Below are positions 21,470 through 30,830 of a stretch of 64,000 nt of DNA, piece after piece. A program made the position numbers and the translations under genes. Source of the stretch: an uncultured Pseudomonadota bacterium. GTDB taxonomy: Bacteria > Pseudomonadota > Alphaproteobacteria > JACZXZ01. The DNA lies in assembly GCA_963749075.1 (NCBI GenBank), contig CAVVLJ010000021.1:685555-749554 (forward strand), in the 5' to 3' direction. Within the stretch, counting starts at the first letter, position 1, and each line of letters opens with the position of its first letter. The notes under the pieces are model-generated. The model had not been told where the DNA came from, did no database searches, and saw nothing but the letters and a program-made list of their open reading frames with translations.

Positions 21470-22397
21470 CTAATCGCGGCCGAGCCAGCTCTCGACCAGC
21501 CGGCGCGCGATCGAATCGCGCCGCGGCAGCCGGAAGCGCTCGTCCTCGGGGCTGGCGAGGAGCTCGCGGCGGGTGAACCAGCGGGCGTCCTCGAGCTCGT
21601 CGCGGTTGACGCGGAGCGCCGGCTCCACGGCGTCGGCGTGGAAGCCGAGCATGAGCGAGCCCGGGAACGGCCAGGGCTGCGAGGAGTGGTAGCGCACGTT
21701 GGCCACGCGCACGCCGGTCTCCTCGAGCACCTCGCGCGCCACCGCCTCCTCGAGACTTCTCGCCCGGCTCGACGAAGCCGGCGAGCGTCGAATGCATGCC
21801 GGGCGGCCAGACGCGCTGGCGGCCCAAGAGGCAGCGCTCGCCCTCCGTCACCAGCATGATGACCGCCGGATCGGTGCGCGGGAAGTGCTGCGCCTTGCAG
21901 GCGGCGTTGCTGCAGGCGCGCACGTGGCCGGCCTCGGCACTCAGCGTCCCGGCGCCGCACACGCCGCAGAAGCGATGGCGCGCGTGCCAGTGGAGGATGC
22001 CGCGCGCATAGGCGAGGATGGCGCCGTCGCTCTGCGCGAGAAGCGGGCCGTAGCGGCGCAGATCGGCGAATTCGCCGCCGAAGCGAGCGCCCGCCGCGGC
22101 GGCATCCTCGAGATCGGAGAGGTCGAGGGCGAAATGCGCTGCCGCCCCGGCGAGGCCGAGGAGCACGAGCGGCCGCTCGCCGTCCGAGAGCGCGCCGAGC
22201 TCCGCACGCGTCGGGAAAAGCGGCGCCGGCGGCATCTCCGGCGCCGCGGTCGGGCGAAAGAGGTTCTGGCCGCGCCACACCGGCACGAGCCGCGTGCGCG
22301 GATCGGCGAGGAGGCCCTTGAGCCAGGCCTCGTCGCCGCGCAGCGCGCCCGCGCGGTCGAGGCCGCTGCCGGCATAGAAATTGGGCTGACCCGTCAT
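21470..22397 (-). CDS. nudC: NAD(+) diphosphatase NudC, frameshift near 21757
   Basis: FCGVCG/CSNAAC Zn site, FPRTDPAVI, Nudix box AGFVEPGE/AVAREVLEETG split over two frames, SQPWPFP. Confidence 0.9.
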
Positions 22398-22442
22398 GCG
22401 GCGTTTCTGGCACGGCGCGCGCCGCCGCGCAATCGCCGGCTC

Positions 22443-22485
22443 CTGTCGCGGGGCTGTCGGTCTCGAGGCTGTCGGTCGCGAGGCT
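22443..22485. repeat. Short tandem repeat (about 15 bp, CTGTCGGTCNCGAGG, about 3 units)
   Basis: Visible in the nudC-ffs intergenic region. Confidence 0.6.
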
Positions 22486-22523
22486 TGCCACCGATGCCGC
22501 CGATCCTGATATAGTGCGCACTT

Positions 22524-22618
22524 GGGAGGTTGGCGGCGGACGGGGCTCTCGCCAACCCGGCCAGATCCGGAAGGAAGCAGCCGTAACGAGCCGGTCCCGG
22601 GTCGTCTGCCAGCCTCCC
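22524..22618 (+). ncRNA. ffs: Signal recognition particle 4.5S RNA
   Basis: Long hairpin GGGAGGTTGGCGG...CTGCCAGCCTCCC with conserved CAGATCCGGAAGGAAGCAGC domain IV, located upstream of dnaX. Confidence 0.93.
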
Positions 22619-22680
22619 AGCCAGCAGGCCCGCGGCCCGCCGCCAACTCAACCAGAACCGAGGGATCGCCACCGGCCGTC

Positions 22681-24492
22681 ATGACCGCAAGTCCCGTGAC
22701 CGGCGACGCCGCTGCCTACCGCGTGCTCGCGCGCAAGTACCGGCCCGGCCGCTTCGCCGAGCTGATCGGCCAGGCGGCTATGGTGCGCACCCTCACCAAT
22801 GCCTTCAAGGCCGGCCGCCTGGCGCACGCCTTCATCCTCACGGGCGTGCGCGGCGTGGGCAAGACCACCACCGCCCGCATCATCGCCAAGGCGCTCGACT
22901 GCGTGGGTGCCGACGGCAAGGGCGGACCGACCATCGAGCCCTGCGGGCTGTGCGAGCACTGCCTGGCGATCGCCGCCGACCGCGACGTGGACGTGATCGA
23001 GATGGACGCGGCGAGCCGCACCGGCGTCGACGACATCCGCGAGCTCATCGACGGCGTGCGCTACCGGCCGATCGCGGCGCGCTACAAGGTCTACATCATC
23101 GACGAAGTGCACATGCTCTCGAAGAACGCCTTCAACGCGCTCCTCAAGACCCTCGAGGAGCCGCCCGAGCATGTGAAGTTCGTCTTCGCCACGACCGAGA
23201 TCCGCAAGGTGCCGATCACCGTGCTCTCGCGCTGCCAGCGCTTCGACTTGCGCCGCGTCGAGCAGGCCGTGCTCGCGGCCCATCTCGCCAAGGTGGCGGC
23301 GGCGGAGGGAGCGTCGGTGCCCGAGGAGGCCATCCGCCTCATCGCGCGCGCGGCCAACGGCTCGGTGCGCGACGGCCTCTCGCTCCTCGACCAGGCCATC
23401 GCCCACGGCGCCGGCCAGCCCGCGGCCGAGGAGGTGAGGGCCATCCTCGGCCTCGCCGACCGCGCCGCCACGCTCGACCTCTTCGACCTCCTGATGCAGG
23501 GCGAGATCGCGCGCGCGCTCGAGCTCGCGGGCGAGCTCTACAAGGGCGGTGCCGATCCCGTCGTCATCCTCCAGGACCTCCTCGAGGTCTGCCACTGGCT
23601 CACCCGCCTCAAGATCGACCCCGCCGCGGAGGGCCCGCTCGCCTCGGATGCGGAGCGTGCGCGCGGAGGCGGGATGGCGGCGAAGCTCGCCGTGGCCGCC
23701 CTCTCGCGCGCCTGGCAGATGCTGCTCAAGGGCTTGGGCGAGACGCAAACGGCGCCGCAGCCGCTCGCCGCTCTGGAGATGGCGCTCATCCGTCTCGCCT
23801 ATGCCGCCGAGCTGCCCACTCCGGCCGAGCTCGTGCGCGCGCTGAGCCCGGGCGGCAGCGCGGCAGCGGCCGCAGCTCCCGCGCCCCGAGCCTCTCCTGC
23901 GGGCGGGAGAGGGGCAGCACCGGCGCGCGCGAGCCCGGAGGCGGGCGGCGGCCGGCCGCAAGCAGCGCTCGCGCGGGCGGCGGAGCTGCCGGCCGCGGCA
24001 GCGGACGCTCTGCCGCACGCGAAGCCCGCCGAGCCCGCAAGCTTCGCCGAGCTCGTCGAGCTCGTCGAGCAGCGCGAGCCCATCCTCGGCGCCCATATGC
24101 GCAACAATCTGCATCTCGTGCGCTTCGAGCCCGGCCGCCTCGAGTTCCGCCCGAGCCCGCACGCGCCCGCCAGCCTGGGAACGCGCTTGAGCGCGCTCCT
24201 TCAGGAATGGACGGGCCGGCGCTGGGCCATCTCGGTGTCGAACGAGGCGGGCGAGGCGACGCTCTCGGACCAGGCCAAGCGCCGCGCCGCCGACCGCCTC
24301 GCCGAGGCGCGGGCGCTGCCGCTCGTCGAGGCCGTGCTGGCGAGCTTCCCCGGCGCCGTGGTCGAGACCGTGCGCGAGCTCGGCCCCGAGGCCGCAGCCG
24401 AGGCCGCAGCCGAGGCCGCGGCGGCGGACGAGGTCAAGGCCGAGGACGAGCCCGCCGTCGAGCCCGCCCCTCAAGGAGACGCCCTCACATGA
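22681..24492 (+). CDS. dnaX: DNA polymerase III subunit gamma/tau
   Basis: YRVLARKYRP, GVRGVGKTT, IDEVHMLS, SRCQRF. Confidence 0.97.
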   Translation: MTASPVTGDAAAYRVLARKYRPGRFAELIGQAAMVRTLTNAFKAGRLAHAFILTGVRGVGKTTTARIIAKALDCVGADGKGGPTIEPCGLCEHCLAIAADRDVDVIEMDAASRTGVDDIRELIDGVRYRPIAARYKVYIIDEVHMLSKNAFNALLKTLEEPPEHVKFVFATTEIRKVPITVLSRCQRFDLRRVEQAVLAAHLAKVAAAEGASVPEEAIRLIARAANGSVRDGLSLLDQAIAHGAGQPAAEEVRAILGLADRAATLDLFDLLMQGEIARALELAGELYKGGADPVVILQDLLEVCHWLTRLKIDPAAEGPLASDAERARGGGMAAKLAVAALSRAWQMLLKGLGETQTAPQPLAALEMALIRLAYAAELPTPAELVRALSPGGSAAAAAAPAPRASPAGGRGAAPARASPEAGGGRPQAALARAAELPAAAADALPHAKPAEPASFAELVELVEQREPILGAHMRNNLHLVRFEPGRLEFRPSPHAPASLGTRLSALLQEWTGRRWAISVSNEAGEATLSDQAKRRAADRLAEARALPLVEAVLASFPGAVVETVRELGPEAAAEAAAEAAAADEVKAEDEPAVEPAPQGDALT

Positions 24493-24812
24493 AGAACCTC
24501 GGCCAGCTCATGAAGCAGGCGCAGGAGATGCAGAGCCGCATGCAGGCGATGCAGGAGAAGCTCGCCGAGCTCGAGCTCGAGGGTGCCGCCGGCGGCGGCA
24601 TGGTCAAGGTGACGATCAACGGCAAGAGCGAGATCCGCCGCGTCAAGATCGATCCCTCGCTCGCCGACCCCAAGGAGGTCGAGGTGCTCGAGGACCTCAT
24701 CGTCGCCGCCTGCAACGACGCCAAGGCGAAGGTCGAGGCACGCGTCGCCGAGGAGATGCAGAAGTTGACCGGCGGGCTCAATCTGCCGCCCGGTCTCAAG
24801 CTGCCGTTCTGA
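24489..24812 (+). CDS. ybaB: YbaB/EbfC nucleoid-associated protein
   Basis: [30 protein letters not shown]; between dnaX and recR. Confidence 0.95.
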   Translation: MKNLGQLMKQAQEMQSRMQAMQEKLAELELEGAAGGGMVKVTINGKSEIRRVKIDPSLADPKEVEVLEDLIVAACNDAKAKVEARVAEEMQKLTGGLNLPPGLKLPF

Positions 24813-24849
24813 GCCGGCGCCGCGCCGAGCCGAGAGGGACGGCGTCGCC

Positions 24850-25443
24850 ATGGGCGGACCCGAGATCGAGCGCTTGATCCAGCTCCTTGCCAAGCTGCCG
24901 GGCCTGGGACCGCGCTCGGCGCGGCGTGCGGCACTTCATCTCCTGAAGCGGCGCGAGGCGCTGCTCGAGCCGCTCGCCTCAGCCCTCGCCGAGGCGGCGG
25001 AGCGCATCCGCCCGTGCTCGCGCTGCGGCAATCTCGACAGCACCGACCCCTGCGCCATCTGCGCCGACGCGCGCCGCGAGGCGGGCCTCCTCTGCGTCGT
25101 CGAGGAGGTGGCCGATCTCTGGGCGCTCGAGCGCGCCGCCGTCTTCCGCGGGCGCTATCACGTGCTCGGCGGCACGCTCTCGGCACTCGACGGCGTGGGA
25201 CCCCAGGAGCTCAACATCCCGCGGCTCCTGCATCGCGTACGGGAGGAGAAGATCGCCGAAGTCATCCTCGCCACCAACGCGACGGTCGACGGCCAGACCA
25301 CGGCGCACTACATCGCCGAGCGCCTCGCCCCCTTGGGCGTTATCGTCTCGCGCCTGGCCCACGGCGTGCCGATCGGCGGCGAGCTCGACTATCTCGACGA
25401 CGGCACCCTCGCGGCCGCCCTCAAGGCGCGGCGGCCGGCGTGA
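24850..25443 (+). CDS. recR: Recombination protein RecR
   Basis: [12 protein letters not shown]4 zinc finger, [16 protein letters not shown]. Confidence 0.97.
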   Translation: MGGPEIERLIQLLAKLPGLGPRSARRAALHLLKRREALLEPLASALAEAAERIRPCSRCGNLDSTDPCAICADARREAGLLCVVEEVADLWALERAAVFRGRYHVLGGTLSALDGVGPQELNIPRLLHRVREEKIAEVILATNATVDGQTTAHYIAERLAPLGVIVSRLAHGVPIGGELDYLDDGTLAAALKARRPA

Positions 25444-25452
25444 GGCGGCACC

Positions 25453-26163
25453 TCACTCCGTGCTTTCGCCGAGCTCGGGCACGCTGTGCTCGAGGCCGGC
25501 GAAGTTGCGCACCAGGAGGGCGTCGCTCTCGCGCTTGACGAGGCCCTGGCGCGTGAGGTCGGCGAAGACGCGGGCCACGGTCTCGCGCGCCGTCGAGACG
25601 CGGCTCGCGATGTCCGAGTGGATGGGGATCGGGCTGATGCGCGCGGTGCCGTCCGGCTTGAGGTTGGGCCGCGCCATGCGCAGGATCTCTGCGCACACCC
25701 GGTCGTAGGCGCCGAGCGTCGAGAGGTCCATGATGCGCCCGGTCGAGACGCGCACGATGGTGGCGAGACGGCGCATGATGACGAAGGCCGCCGCGGGGTG
25801 CTCGCTCAGCATCTTGCGGAAGCTCTCGCCCGACATGGTGGCGAGGAGGGTTGGGGCCGTCGCCACGGCGCTCGCCGAGCGCGGCTTGCCGTCGATCGCC
25901 GCGAGCTCGCCGAAGAGCTCGCCGGCGTTGAGATCGCCGAAGCTGATCTCGCGGCCGGAGAGCGAGTAATTGACGATGCGCACGCGGCCCTCGACGACGA
26001 AGAGCACGTCGTGGGTATCGCTCAGCCGGTCGATGATCTGCTCCTCCGGCTTGAAGCGGCGCCAGGTGCAGGACTGCTCGTAGCGCTGGCGCGCCGCCTC
26101 GGGCATGCCCGCGAAGAGGCTGATGCCCCTGAGCGTGTGCGCGCTCTCTTTTGCCTGGCGCAT
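25453..26163 (-). CDS. Crp/Fnr family transcriptional regulator
   Basis: FGELAAIDGKPRSA cNMP domain and ARETVAR HTH. Confidence 0.92.
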   Translation of the reverse strand: MRQAKESAHTLRGISLFAGMPEAARQRYEQSCTWRRFKPEEQIIDRLSDTHDVLFVVEGRVRIVNYSLSGREISFGDLNAGELFGELAAIDGKPRSASAVATAPTLLATMSGESFRKMLSEHPAAAFVIMRRLATIVRVSTGRIMDLSTLGAYDRVCAEILRMARPNLKPDGTARISPIPIHSDIASRVSTARETVARVFADLTRQGLVKRESDALLVRNFAGLEHSVPELGESTE

Positions 26164-26187
26164 TCCCCGTCCCCCTGAAACGCCTCG

Positions 26188-26346
26188 AGGGATGCACAAA
26201 TCCAGCTACGCGTCACGCCCGCGAGAGCGGGCATCCACGAGGCACAAGTGTTGTCAGCCAACACGCAGCTTCTGGGTTCCCGCTTTCGCGGCAACGACGA
26301 ATGAGCTGTTACGAGCGCGATGTCCTTCGAGATGTGCGCATACCCT
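26188..26346. repeat. Composite palindromic repeat: GGGATGCACA-type termini enclosing a GTCA..GCGGG REP-like element (26212-26298)
   Basis: GTCACGCCCGCGAGAGCGGGCATCCA...TGGGTTCCCGCTTTCGCGGCAACGAC. The outer ends match the element at 32276-32516. Confidence 0.7.
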
Positions 26347-26458
26347 CGGCGAAACCCGGGCATTCTAGCCTGTCGCGCGCGCTCTTGACAGGGGCGCTTG
26401 CAAGCGCTCGAAGCTCGGGCGTTGACGGCGGCCCGCCGCTTTGCTCCACTCGGCTGCG

Positions 26459-27865
26459 ATGGGGGAGGAGCTCCACAAGCTGACCGCCCGTGAGGCCGTG
26501 GCGCTCCTCAAGCGCGGCGAGGTCACGCCGCTCGAGCTCGTCGAGGCCTCGCTCGCCCGCATCGCCGCGGTCGAGCCGCGCGTCAACGCACTCCCCACGC
26601 TCTCAGCCGAGCGCGCGCGGAAGGCCGCAGGGGCAGCCAAGCGCACGAGCCTCCTCGGCGGCCTGCCGCTCGCCATCAAGGACCTCGTCGAGGTGGCAGG
26701 CGTGCGCACCACGCGCGGCTCGCCCCTCTTCGCCGACCACGTCTCGCCCCGTTCCGATATCCTGGTCGAGCGCCTCGAGCGCAATGGCGGCATCGTCATC
26801 GGCAAGTCCAACACGCCCGAGTTCGGCGCCGGCGGCAACACCTTCAACGAGGTGTTCGGCCGCACGCTCAATCCCTGGAATACGGCGCTCACCTGCGGCG
26901 GCTCGTCGGGCGGTGCGGCGGTGGCGCTCGCCACCGGCGAGGTCTGGCTCGCGCAGGGCTCCGATCTCGGCGGCAGCCTGCGCACGCCGGCGAGCTTCTG
27001 CTCGGTGGTGGGCCTGCGCCCGAGCCCGGGCCGCGTCGCGGCGGGGCCGCTCGCCGACCCCTTCGACAGCCTCGCGGTGCAGGGGCCCATGGGCCGCACC
27101 GTGGCCGACGTGGCGCTCATGCTCGACGCCATGGCGGGCAGCGATCCCCTGGACCCGCTCGCCTTGCCGCCGCCTAAGCGCAGCTTCACGGCCGGGCTCG
27201 CGCGCCCCCGCCTCCCGAAGCGCGTCGCCTTCAGCCCCGACTTGGGCGGCCTCGCCATCGCCGCCGAGGTCAAGGAGGTCTGCGCCAAGGCGGTGCTGCG
27301 CCTGGAGACCCTCGGCGTCAGCCTCGAGGAGGCCTCGCCCGACGTCTCCGACGCGCGCGAGATCTTCCAGGTGCTGCGCGCGCTCAAGTACGCCACCAAC
27401 CACGAGGAGAAGCTCAAGCAGCAGCGCGACAAGCTCAAGCCCGAGGTGATCTGGAACATCGAGCGCGGCCTCAAGCTCGGGGCTGGCGAGATAGCAACGG
27501 CGGTGCGCGGACGTGCTGCACTCTTCTACCGCATGGCGCGCTTCCTCGGCGGCTACGAGCTCCTCCTCTGTCCCGCCGCCCCGGTGCCGCCCTTTCCCGT
27601 CGAGGAGCGCTACGTGCGCGAGATCGACGGCCGCCCCTTCGAGAACTACATCGACTGGGTCGGCGTCACCTACGCCATCACCTTGACCGGCTGCCCGGCG
27701 CTCTCGCTGCCCTGCGGCTTCACCCGCGACGGCCGCCCCGTCGGCCTCCAGATGGTGGGGCGGCCGCGCGGCGAGGCGGCCCTCCTCGCCGCGGCCCACC
27801 TCCTCGAGGCGGAGCTCGGCCTCAAGGATCTCGTCCCCATCGAGCCCCGCCCGATCCGGCCTTAG
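26459..27865 (+). CDS. Amidase signature family protein
   Basis: IKDL, GKSNTPEF, GGSSGG, GSDLGGSLRTPA. Confidence 0.95.
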   Translation: MGEELHKLTAREAVALLKRGEVTPLELVEASLARIAAVEPRVNALPTLSAERARKAAGAAKRTSLLGGLPLAIKDLVEVAGVRTTRGSPLFADHVSPRSDILVERLERNGGIVIGKSNTPEFGAGGNTFNEVFGRTLNPWNTALTCGGSSGGAAVALATGEVWLAQGSDLGGSLRTPASFCSVVGLRPSPGRVAAGPLADPFDSLAVQGPMGRTVADVALMLDAMAGSDPLDPLALPPPKRSFTAGLARPRLPKRVAFSPDLGGLAIAAEVKEVCAKAVLRLETLGVSLEEASPDVSDAREIFQVLRALKYATNHEEKLKQQRDKLKPEVIWNIERGLKLGAGEIATAVRGRAALFYRMARFLGGYELLLCPAAPVPPFPVEERYVREIDGRPFENYIDWVGVTYAITLTGCPALSLPCGFTRDGRPVGLQMVGRPRGEAALLAAAHLLEAELGLKDLVPIEPRPIRP

Positions 27866-27965
27866 CAGGCGCACAAGAGGCGGCCGCGGCCGGCTCCGGC
27901 GGGCAATGCCATTGATTCCATGGATTTTTTATTAGAACAGGAAGATTTTATTGCGGTTGCCGCGG

Positions 27966-28013
27966 TGCATCGCATCGTTTAGAGTGCGCCGCAAAATCCC
28001 CCATTGCACTGCA
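27966..28013. promoter_or_regulatory. Three TGC-N3-GCA boxes (putative PhaR sites)
   Basis: TGCATCGCA (27966), TGCGCCGCA (27985) and TGCACTGCA (28005), about 20 bp apart, upstream of the PhaJ-like gene. Confidence 0.55.
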
Positions 28014-28074
28014 CCAATGAAAGGACCGCCCCATGGCCTTGGACGTGGTGGAAGAGCCGCGGCGGAACGCTCTG

Positions 28075-28512
28075 ATGATGAGCGAGCTGCATGGCTATTA
28101 CCTCGAGGATCTGTCGCCCGGCATGACGGCGCTCTATGCGCGCACGGTGACCGACGCCGACATCGTGCTCTTCGCCGGCATCTCGGGCGACGTGAACCCG
28201 GTCCACCTCAACCATGAGTTCGCCGCCAATACGGTGTTCGAGGGCCGCATCGCCCACGGCATGCTGACGGCGAGCTTCATCTCGACGGTGCTGGGCACCA
28301 AGCTGCCCGGCCCGGGCTGCGTCTATCTCGCCCAGAGCCTCAAGTTCAGGGCGCCGGTGCGCGCCGGCGATACGGTGAACGCCCGCGTCACGGTGACCGC
28401 CGTGAGCCGCGAGAAGGGCCGCGTCACCCTCACCACGGTCTGCACGGTGAGCGGCGGCGTGGTGCTCGAGGGCGAGGCGCAGGTCATCGTCCCCTCGCGC
28501 GCCGCACCTTGA
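28075..28512 (+). CDS. MaoC family (R)-specific enoyl-CoA hydratase, PhaJ-like
   Basis: SGDVNPVH, RIAHGML, LPGPG, F.APV..GD. An alternative start at 28033 is possible. Confidence 0.9.
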   Translation: MMSELHGYYLEDLSPGMTALYARTVTDADIVLFAGISGDVNPVHLNHEFAANTVFEGRIAHGMLTASFISTVLGTKLPGPGCVYLAQSLKFRAPVRAGDTVNARVTVTAVSREKGRVTLTTVCTVSGGVVLEGEAQVIVPSRAAP

Positions 28513-28604
28513 CCCTGTCGCCCGCGCGCTCCTCGGCTGCGATGCCATAGCCAATCGCGGCACAAGCTCCTAACCTTGGCGCCGGACAAGGGGACCGCCT
28601 CGCC

Positions 28605-29585
28605 ATGCGCGTCTTTCGCCACACCACGGAGCTGCCCGCGAGCGCCAAGGGTGCCGTCGTCGCCATCGGCAATTTCGACGGCATCCACCGCGGCCATCAG
28701 GCCATCATCGCCGAGGCCGGCCGCCTGGCACGCGCGGCCGCGGCGCCGCTCGCCGTCCTCACCTTCGAGCCGCACCCGCGCAGCTTCTTCCGCCCGACCC
28801 TGCCGCCCTTCCGCTTAACACCCTTCCGCATCAAGGCGCGCCTCATAGCCTCCCTCGAGGTCGACGAGCTCTTCGTGCTCGCCTTCGACGAGGCACTCTC
28901 GCGCCTTTCGCCCGAGGGTTTCGTGCGCCAAGTCCTGGCCGACGGCCTCGCCATCCGCCACGCGGTGGTGGGCGACAATTTCGCCTTCGGCCACAAGCGC
29001 GCCGGCAACGCCGAGACGCTCGCCGCCCTCGGCCGGCACTTCGGCTTCGCCGTGAGCCGTCTTGAGCGCCTGGCGGGAGCCGAGGGCGAGATCTATTCCT
29101 CGACGCGCATCCGCGAGGCGCTCCAGGCGGGCGGCCCAGGGCGCGCCGCCGCCCTCCTCGGGCGCCATTGGGAGATCGAGGGCCGCGTGCTGCCCGGCGA
29201 CCGCCGCGGCCGCAGCCTCGGCATGCCGACGGCGAACCTGGCGCTCGAGGGCTATCTCGAGCCGGCGCGCGGCGTCTATGCCGTGCGCGCCGGGCTCGAC
29301 CGCGGCCGCGACATCGACTGGCACGACGGCGTCGCCAACCTGGGCGTGCGGCCGATGTTCGACGGCAAGACGCTCCTCCTCGAGGCGCACCTCTTCGACT
29401 TCGCGCGCGATATCTACGGCCGCCATCTGCGCGTATCGCTCGTCGAGCGCCTGAGGCCCGAGCTCGTCTTCGACGGCATCCCCGCCCTCATGGCCCAGAT
29501 GGCCAAGGACGGCAGGGAGGCGCGCGCCGTGCTCGCCGCGGCGGGCGCACGCCAGGGCGAGCCCGTGCGGGGCGAGCGTGGCTGA
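28605..29585 (+). CDS. ribF: Bifunctional riboflavin kinase/FAD synthetase
   Basis: GNFDGIHRGHQ, TFEPHP, SSTRIR, PTAN, GVYA, EAHLFDF. Confidence 0.97.
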   Translation: MRVFRHTTELPASAKGAVVAIGNFDGIHRGHQAIIAEAGRLARAAAAPLAVLTFEPHPRSFFRPTLPPFRLTPFRIKARLIASLEVDELFVLAFDEALSRLSPEGFVRQVLADGLAIRHAVVGDNFAFGHKRAGNAETLAALGRHFGFAVSRLERLAGAEGEIYSSTRIREALQAGGPGRAAALLGRHWEIEGRVLPGDRRGRSLGMPTANLALEGYLEPARGVYAVRAGLDRGRDIDWHDGVANLGVRPMFDGKTLLLEAHLFDFARDIYGRHLRVSLVERLRPELVFDGIPALMAQMAKDGREARAVLAAAGARQGEPVRGERG

Positions 29586-30099
29586 GGACGAGGCTCAGCA
29601 CGCCGGCCGGGCGCCGCGGCGCTCGACGAGTGTCCTTACGCTGGCACTCGCCGCCCTCGTGATCCTCCTCGACCAGCTGAGCAAGTGGTGGATCGTCGCG
29701 CTCGTCATGAAGCCGCCGCGCGTGGTGCCCCTGGGGCCGTTCCTCAATCTGGCGCTCGCCGAGAATACCGGCGTCAGCTTCGGCCTGCTGCGCCTCGGCG
29801 GCAGCTGGGGTCCCTGGCTGCTCTCCGTCTTTGCCCTCGCCATCGTGGCCTGGCTCTTCCTCTGGCAGCGCCGCATGGGCGAGCGCTGGCTCGCCCTGAG
29901 CGTGGGCCTGATCATGGGCGGGGCGCTCGGCAACGTGGTCGACCGCCTCTTGCGCGGGGCGGTCACCGACTTCATCGACGCCCATTGGGGCACCACCCAC
30001 TGGCCCGCCTTCAACCTGGCCGATTCGGCGATCACCGCAGGCGTGGCGCTCCTCCTCTTCGAATCCTTGTTTAGGCGGCGCGAAAGCCCTAATACTTAG
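29578..30099 (+). CDS. lspA: Signal peptidase II
   Basis: DQLSK, NTGVSFG, GGALGNVVDR, VTDF, FNLADS. Confidence 0.97.
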   Translation: MAEDEAQHAGRAPRRSTSVLTLALAALVILLDQLSKWWIVALVMKPPRVVPLGPFLNLALAENTGVSFGLLRLGGSWGPWLLSVFALAIVAWLFLWQRRMGERWLALSVGLIMGGALGNVVDRLLRGAVTDFIDAHWGTTHWPAFNLADSAITAGVALLLFESLFRRRESPNT

Positions 30100-30188
30100 G
30101 GCTGGCTCCTTGCGGTTTAGGCGCGCGGCGGCGGAGACGGGCTATACTCCAGCACGACGCCGGCTGCGCGAGCGCCGGAGAGGCGCTC

Positions 30189-30240
30189 CCAGCGAGAGAG
30201 GCCAGCGGGAAAGGCCAGCGGGAAAGGCCAGCGAAAAAGG
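30189..30240. repeat. 13-bp tandem repeat x4 (CCAGCGRRARAGG)
   Basis: ccagcgagagagg-ccagcgggaaagg-ccagcgggaaagg-ccagcgaaaaagg. Confidence 0.85.
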
Positions 30241-30253
30241 GTTGAGAGGTCGA

Positions 30254-30793
30254 ATGCACAGCAAGATGTTCGTCAGGGCGCTGGCGCTTGCCGCCGTCCC
30301 CCTGATGCTCGCCGCCTGCGATACCATCGACAGCACCTTCAAGGCGCTGACCGGGAGCGGCGCCTCCAACCCCAACTACGACCAGGAGCTGCGCGCCGCC
30401 GACGACAGCGTGCGCCGGCCGCCCTTGACGCTGCCGCCCGACTTCAACCTGCGGCCGCCCTCGGCCACCAGTGCTGCTGGCGCCACCGACCTCACGGCGG
30501 CCCAGCAGGGGCGGCAGACCGTCTTCGGCATCGATCAGCCGAACGACGCCAAGACCCAGCGCAGCGCCGGCGCCAGCACCGGCGAGGGGGCCCTCCTGCA
30601 GCACGCCGGCGCCACCGCGGGCTCCGCCGCGATCCGCCAGAAGGTCGACAAGGAGACCGACGCCCTCACCAACCAGCAGAAAGGCTTCGACAACAACCTC
30701 CTGAACCCGCAAGGGGCCGCGCAGGCGGACAAGGATTCGGGCTGGTTCAGCGGCCTCTTCGGCGACAGCAGCAAGCCCAGCATCGAGCGCTGA
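30254..30793 (+). CDS. DUF3035-like lipoprotein
   Basis: Lipobox LAAC, PLTLPPDFNLRPP, GE.ALL..AGA....IR..VD.E; typical position after lspA. Confidence 0.78.
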   Translation: MHSKMFVRALALAAVPLMLAACDTIDSTFKALTGSGASNPNYDQELRAADDSVRRPPLTLPPDFNLRPPSATSAAGATDLTAAQQGRQTVFGIDQPNDAKTQRSAGASTGEGALLQHAGATAGSAAIRQKVDKETDALTNQQKGFDNNLLNPQGAAQADKDSGWFSGLFGDSSKPSIER

Positions 30794-30830
30794 GCGCCTC
30801 CGCCGGCAGGCCTCATAAGGACGGCCCGCT

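Noticed and set aside
22681-24492. Programmed -1 frameshift in dnaX
   Set aside because: No A-AAA-AAG slippery site seen; single continuous ORF.
30189-30240. CRISPR array
   Set aside because: The 13-bp units are directly adjacent with no spacers, and there are no cas genes. The larger palindromic repeats are dispersed, not arrayed.
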